A DNA stretch of 64,000 nt from Candidatus Latescibacterota bacterium. Its GTDB lineage: Bacteria > Latescibacterota > UBA2968. Position 1 is the first letter of the stretch. Each line of letters begins with the position of its first letter. The stretch is from assembly GCA_965198115.1 (NCBI GenBank), contig OZ240241.1, positions 5,152,001 through 5,216,000 of the forward strand, read 5' to 3'. The notes below the pieces were generated by a model that worked only from the letters and a program-made list of their open reading frames with translations, had not been told where the DNA came from and ran no database searches. Below, one piece after another: positions 60,077-64,000 of the stretch. The position numbers were made by a program, and so were the translations under genes.

Positions 60077-61174
60077 ATGGTTCCCCAACTCCCCGACCTC
60101 GCACGCCTCCGCGACCTGGACAGCCGGTGTATCTCACCCGAGAACCCCACGGGCGCCAAGGGAAAGGGGGCCACTGAAGGGAACGGATGGAAGGGCGCAC
60201 CCTTCGTGCGGCCGTTCCCCAAAGACACGACCGTCACGATGGCAGACATCGACGGGCCCGGGATGATCCGGCATATCTGGTTTGCCCTGGGAACGGAAAA
60301 GGGCGCCGCAGAAGATTACGAAGCCTGTCGGAACGTCATCCTTCGTTGCTACTGGGACGGTCAGAAACACCCATCGGTCGAGTGCCCCATCGGCGACTTT
60401 TTCGGGATCGCCCACGGCCGGCGGCGGGCTTTCACATCCGCGCTGATGACGAACACGAACGGCGCGGCAATGAACAGCTATCTGCCAATGCCGTTCTCAA
60501 CCGCACGGATTACGATCGAAAACGACACCGGCTATCAGACGGACCTCGCTTACTTCATCGACTACACGCTCGGAGACGACGTCGCCGATTCCGGGCGCCT
60601 TCACGCGCTCTTCAAGCGGGAGAATCCGGTCACCGCCGGGGTCGACTATGCAATCCTACCAAAGGTCGCGGGACGCGGCGTCTACGTCGGCGCGATCCTG
60701 GGCGTCCGGGCGCTGGACCACGATGACCATATCGACACGTGGTGGGGCGAAGGCGAGGTGAAAATGTATATCGACGGGGACGACCGCCATCCGACGATCG
60801 TGGGCTCCGGCACAGAGGACTACTTCTGCAGCGCCTCCGGCATCGAGCCACACGCCACGCCCTATTCAGGTGCTCCCTACTGCCACGGCCGACTGTTCAG
60901 CTGCTATCGATGGCACGTAGCCGACCCCGTCTACTTCCAGGAGGATCTACGCGTCGAAGTTCAACACATGGGTAACGACATGCGCGTGATCCACGATCCC
61001 AGGAAGCGATACATCGAGCGGATTGACGATTACGCCTCTGTTGCCTTCTGGTATCAGGATCTCCCATCGCAGCCGTTGCCTGGATTGCTCGGAAGGCACG
61101 ATCGCACGGTCGACCTCGAGCTTCAGACCGACGAAGTGGCGTTGTTGAGCTCGAAATGGGAAACAGTATCGTGA
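60077..61174 (+). CDS. DUF2961/GH172 family protein
   Basis: Motifs ENPTGAKG, GPG.I.HIW, PSVE.P.GDFF, PMPF, WWGEGE.K.Y.DGD and GTEDYF. Confidence 0.88.
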   Translation: MVPQLPDLARLRDLDSRCISPENPTGAKGKGATEGNGWKGAPFVRPFPKDTTVTMADIDGPGMIRHIWFALGTEKGAAEDYEACRNVILRCYWDGQKHPSVECPIGDFFGIAHGRRRAFTSALMTNTNGAAMNSYLPMPFSTARITIENDTGYQTDLAYFIDYTLGDDVADSGRLHALFKRENPVTAGVDYAILPKVAGRGVYVGAILGVRALDHDDHIDTWWGEGEVKMYIDGDDRHPTIVGSGTEDYFCSASGIEPHATPYSGAPYCHGRLFSCYRWHVADPVYFQEDLRVEVQHMGNDMRVIHDPRKRYIERIDDYASVAFWYQDLPSQPLPGLLGRHDRTVDLELQTDEVALLSSKWETVS

Positions 61175-62337
61175 TTGACATCATACACATCGGCATCGTC
61201 GGCATCGGGTCCCGTGGTCTGCACTGGATTCGAAATCTTAAACAAATCGAAGGCTATCGAATCACGGCCCTCTGCGATCCGATCGTGGCCACGCACGCGT
61301 CCGCCCAAGCTCTGCTCGACGAGCCCGTACCTGCGTATCCAAGCTACGAAGACTTTCTTGCGGACAAGAACATCGACGCGGTGGCGATCACGGTGCGCTG
61401 CGAGGAGCAGGGCGCTCTGGCAGCACAGGCGCTCGAGGCCGGTAAGCACGTCAATGCGGAGGTGCCCGCCGCGCACACGATGGAAGACTGCTGGCGAATC
61501 GTACTGGCCGCAGAGCGATCAGGACTCGTTTACCAACTGGCCGAACAAACCCGCTTCATGGGCTACGTGGACGCCTGGTGCGATCTGGTCACCTCCGGAC
61601 GACTGGGCAGGATCACTTACTGCGAGGGACAGTACATCGGTCATTACGGCACGCATCAGTTCTTTCAGGATCTCCAGACAGGCCGATTCTATCCCCTCGA
61701 CCAGCTCGCCGACCATCCAGAAGCCAAGCCCACCTGGCTTCATCGCATGCCACCGATTCACTACCTGCCCCACGAGCTCAGTCCGATGCTCAAGGTCCTA
61801 GACGATCGCGTAGTCGAGGTGACAGCCATGAGCACAGCTTCACCCAGCTACAAGCATCCCGAAATCGGTCAGCCGGATATCCAGGTGGCCTTGATGAAAA
61901 CCGAAAAGGACACACTGCTGAGAATGGCGACTGGGTTCACCCAGCCCGTGTCCCACCCGCGCGGTCATCATTGGTATCAGCTCATCGGCACAGACGGCTG
62001 CGTCGAATGGAAAAGAACCGGCAGTGGTAAACCCCTGCTCTGGCTGGCCGACAACCAGATGCACGACATGGCCGAAGTCGATTGGCGGTATGAACGAACC
62101 GATGCTCCTGCGGAGGCGCGCAGCAGCGGTCACGGCGACGCGGACTATTACGTGCACGTGGAATTCCGCGATGCTGTACTTGGTGTTCGTCCTCTGGAGT
62201 TCGACGTCTACCGGGCGATCGAGACGGCCGCGCCCGCGATTTTGGCCGCCGACTCTATCGACCAGGGCACGACGCTGATGCAAGTGCCCGACTTCCGACC
62301 CGGCGATACCCGCGCGGCAGGGTTCGCTCCCGCATAG
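61171..62337 (+). CDS. Gfo/Idh/MocA family oxidoreductase
   Basis: Motifs IGIVGIGSRG, ALEAGKHV..EVP and HG..D. Confidence 0.85.
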   Translation: MIDIIHIGIVGIGSRGLHWIRNLKQIEGYRITALCDPIVATHASAQALLDEPVPAYPSYEDFLADKNIDAVAITVRCEEQGALAAQALEAGKHVNAEVPAAHTMEDCWRIVLAAERSGLVYQLAEQTRFMGYVDAWCDLVTSGRLGRITYCEGQYIGHYGTHQFFQDLQTGRFYPLDQLADHPEAKPTWLHRMPPIHYLPHELSPMLKVLDDRVVEVTAMSTASPSYKHPEIGQPDIQVALMKTEKDTLLRMATGFTQPVSHPRGHHWYQLIGTDGCVEWKRTGSGKPLLWLADNQMHDMAEVDWRYERTDAPAEARSSGHGDADYYVHVEFRDAVLGVRPLEFDVYRAIETAAPAILAADSIDQGTTLMQVPDFRPGDTRAAGFAPA

Positions 62338-62370
62338 ACGCGAGTTTCGGTGCCCAAAAGGGGCCTCGAC

Positions 62371-63117
62371 ATGACTGCGGAAGAGATCCAGGATCGCGCC
62401 AGGCAAGTGCGCGACGTAGGCTACACCATCTTAGAGGGATGTCTTACAAAGGACATCGTAGAAACGGTGGCCCGTGCGTTCGCTCCGATCTGGGACGGGC
62501 ATCAGGACATCATTCGAACGGACCCGAACCGTGGATCGATGCGGCACTTCATCCCACTGCCTTTCCACGTGCCCTTTTACCAGTCGGCCATCCACGCGAA
62601 CTCGGATGTCATCGCCATCGTAAAAAAGGTCCTTGGAGAGGACATGCTGCTCGTCCGGTATGGGACGGACACACCCACCAGAGGAAGTGTCTACCAGGAT
62701 TGGCACGGCGATGTCGACGTTCTGTTTCCCGAGGAGCCTGACCCCATCCCGCCCCCGGCTGTCATCACCGTCAATTTCTCGTTCGTCGACGTCAACCTGG
62801 AGAACGGCCCTATCGAGGTCGCGGATGGAACACATCGTCTCCCGTTCGAGGTCGCCAGAGCGCGTATTGAGGGAGGCGAGATCCCTTATCAGCCCCTATG
62901 CATGAACGTGGGCGACGCCCTGATCCGAGATCCACGGTGTGTTCATCGCGGCACCCCCAACAGGACGGATGCGCCACGAACCGTCGCTGCCCTTGCATTC
63001 CAACGGCGGTGGTATCGGATACACGCCCACCACCAGGGGCGGTTCCCTCGCCACCTCTATGACACGCTGTCCGAAGTGGAACAGCAGCTGTTGAAGGGAA
63101 TCGTCGAACCACCATAG
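62371..63117 (+). CDS. PhyH-family dioxygenase
   Basis: Motifs VGYTIL, QDWHGD, ENGP.E...GTH and HRGTPN....R. Confidence 0.88.
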   Translation: MTAEEIQDRARQVRDVGYTILEGCLTKDIVETVARAFAPIWDGHQDIIRTDPNRGSMRHFIPLPFHVPFYQSAIHANSDVIAIVKKVLGEDMLLVRYGTDTPTRGSVYQDWHGDVDVLFPEEPDPIPPPAVITVNFSFVDVNLENGPIEVADGTHRLPFEVARARIEGGEIPYQPLCMNVGDALIRDPRCVHRGTPNRTDAPRTVAALAFQRRWYRIHAHHQGRFPRHLYDTLSEVEQQLLKGIVEPP

Positions 63118-63213
63118 TCTTGTTACGGATAACACGCGGTCGTGATTGGAGAGGAAGCATCTGATGGATGACAAACTGACGACACAGCGGGAGCCCGGAG
63201 CGAAGGTCGGGAC

Positions 63214-63957
63214 GTGACAGCGGAAGAGATCCAGGATCGTGTCAAGCAAGTGCGTGAAGTGGGCTACACCATCTTGAGCGGGTGCTTTCCCATAGACATC
63301 GTGGAAACGATGGCCCGGGCGTTTGCCCCGATCTGGGATGGGCATCAGGACATCATTCGAACGTCCCCAAACCGTGGACCTATGCGGCATTACATTCCAC
63401 TGCCCTTCGAAGTGCCGTTTTACCAGTCGGCCATTCACGCGAATCCGGATATCATCGCCATCGTTAAGGCGATCCTCGGAGAGGATATGGAGATCGTCCA
63501 GTATGCCACGGACACGCCCGCTAAGGGGAGCGACTACCAGGAGTGGCACGGCGACGTCGGCGTCCTTTTTCCGGAAAAACCGGACTACATCCCACCGCCG
63601 GCAATCCTCTGCGTGAACTTCTCATTCGTGGATATCGATCGGGAGAACGGCCCTTTGGAAGTGGCGGACGGAACGCAGGGACTTCCGTTCGATATCGCCA
63701 GGGAACGCGTAGAGAAGGGTGAGATCCCGCATCGGCCTCTCTTCTTGAAGGTGGGTGATGCGCTGCTTCGAGACCCACGTTGTGTCCATCGGGGGACCCC
63801 CAATACAACGAACACGCCAAGACCTGTCGCCGTCTTCGATTACGTGCGGCGGTGGTATCGACGGCGCGATCGAGGTCGCGTCTCCCGTCAATTGTATGAG
63901 AAGCTCACGGAAGTCGAGCAGAACCTGTTGAAGCGAATCGTCGAGCCTGAAGGGTGA
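63214..63957 (+). CDS. PhyH-family dioxygenase (tandem paralog of 62371-63117)
   Basis: Motifs QEWHGD and HRGTPN. Highly similar to the preceding gene. Confidence 0.88.
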   Translation: MTAEEIQDRVKQVREVGYTILSGCFPIDIVETMARAFAPIWDGHQDIIRTSPNRGPMRHYIPLPFEVPFYQSAIHANPDIIAIVKAILGEDMEIVQYATDTPAKGSDYQEWHGDVGVLFPEKPDYIPPPAILCVNFSFVDIDRENGPLEVADGTQGLPFDIARERVEKGEIPHRPLFLKVGDALLRDPRCVHRGTPNTTNTPRPVAVFDYVRRWYRRRDRGRVSRQLYEKLTEVEQNLLKRIVEPEG

Positions 63958-64000
63958 TCACATAGGGCGCCAAGCCCTCAAATCAAGGACTCAACAACAT

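Noticed and set aside
1-64000. tRNA, rRNA, prophage, DGR/retron or defence genes
   Set aside because: I recognised no such sequence, reverse transcriptase or nuclease motifs. A covariance-model search was not possible, so small RNAs could be missed.

Overview
GC-rich bacterial window (about 60% GC by eye) with no rRNA, tRNA or CRISPR array that I can see. It is mainly a catabolic and tailoring enzyme region. It has 11 PhyH-like Fe(II)/2-oxoglutarate dioxygenase genes, 3 BNR/sialidase-like genes, 2 enolase-superfamily genes, 2 aldo/keto reductases, 2 Gfo/Idh/MocA oxidoreductases, a P450, a sulfatase, GH127-, GH172- and GHL10-like proteins, a DegT aminotransferase, and DASS, EamA, MgtE and DUF6785-like membrane proteins. 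This gene mix plus a dockerin/EF-hand remnant suggests Latescibacterota or a Poribacteria-like lineage (inference only). Nine IS copies from six families are present: 4x ISL3, ISAzo13, IS256, IS1182, IS1380 and IS630. Highlights: (1) three ISL3 copies stacked head-to-tail inside one PhyH gene, with junctions and SNP patterns indicating three independent insertions at one 9-bp site; (2) one PhyH paralog with H-G-A instead of H-x-D, a candidate radical halogenase; (3) several families of palindromic, nested REP/MITE-like repeats and 7-8-mer tandem repeats in most intergenic spaces; (4) a CTAG site used by two IS families, with a third family at another CTAG; (5) about seven frameshifts and two apparent deletion junctions, which reflect either genome decay or long-read errors. 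Product calls come from motifs I recognised by eye. No database search was run.
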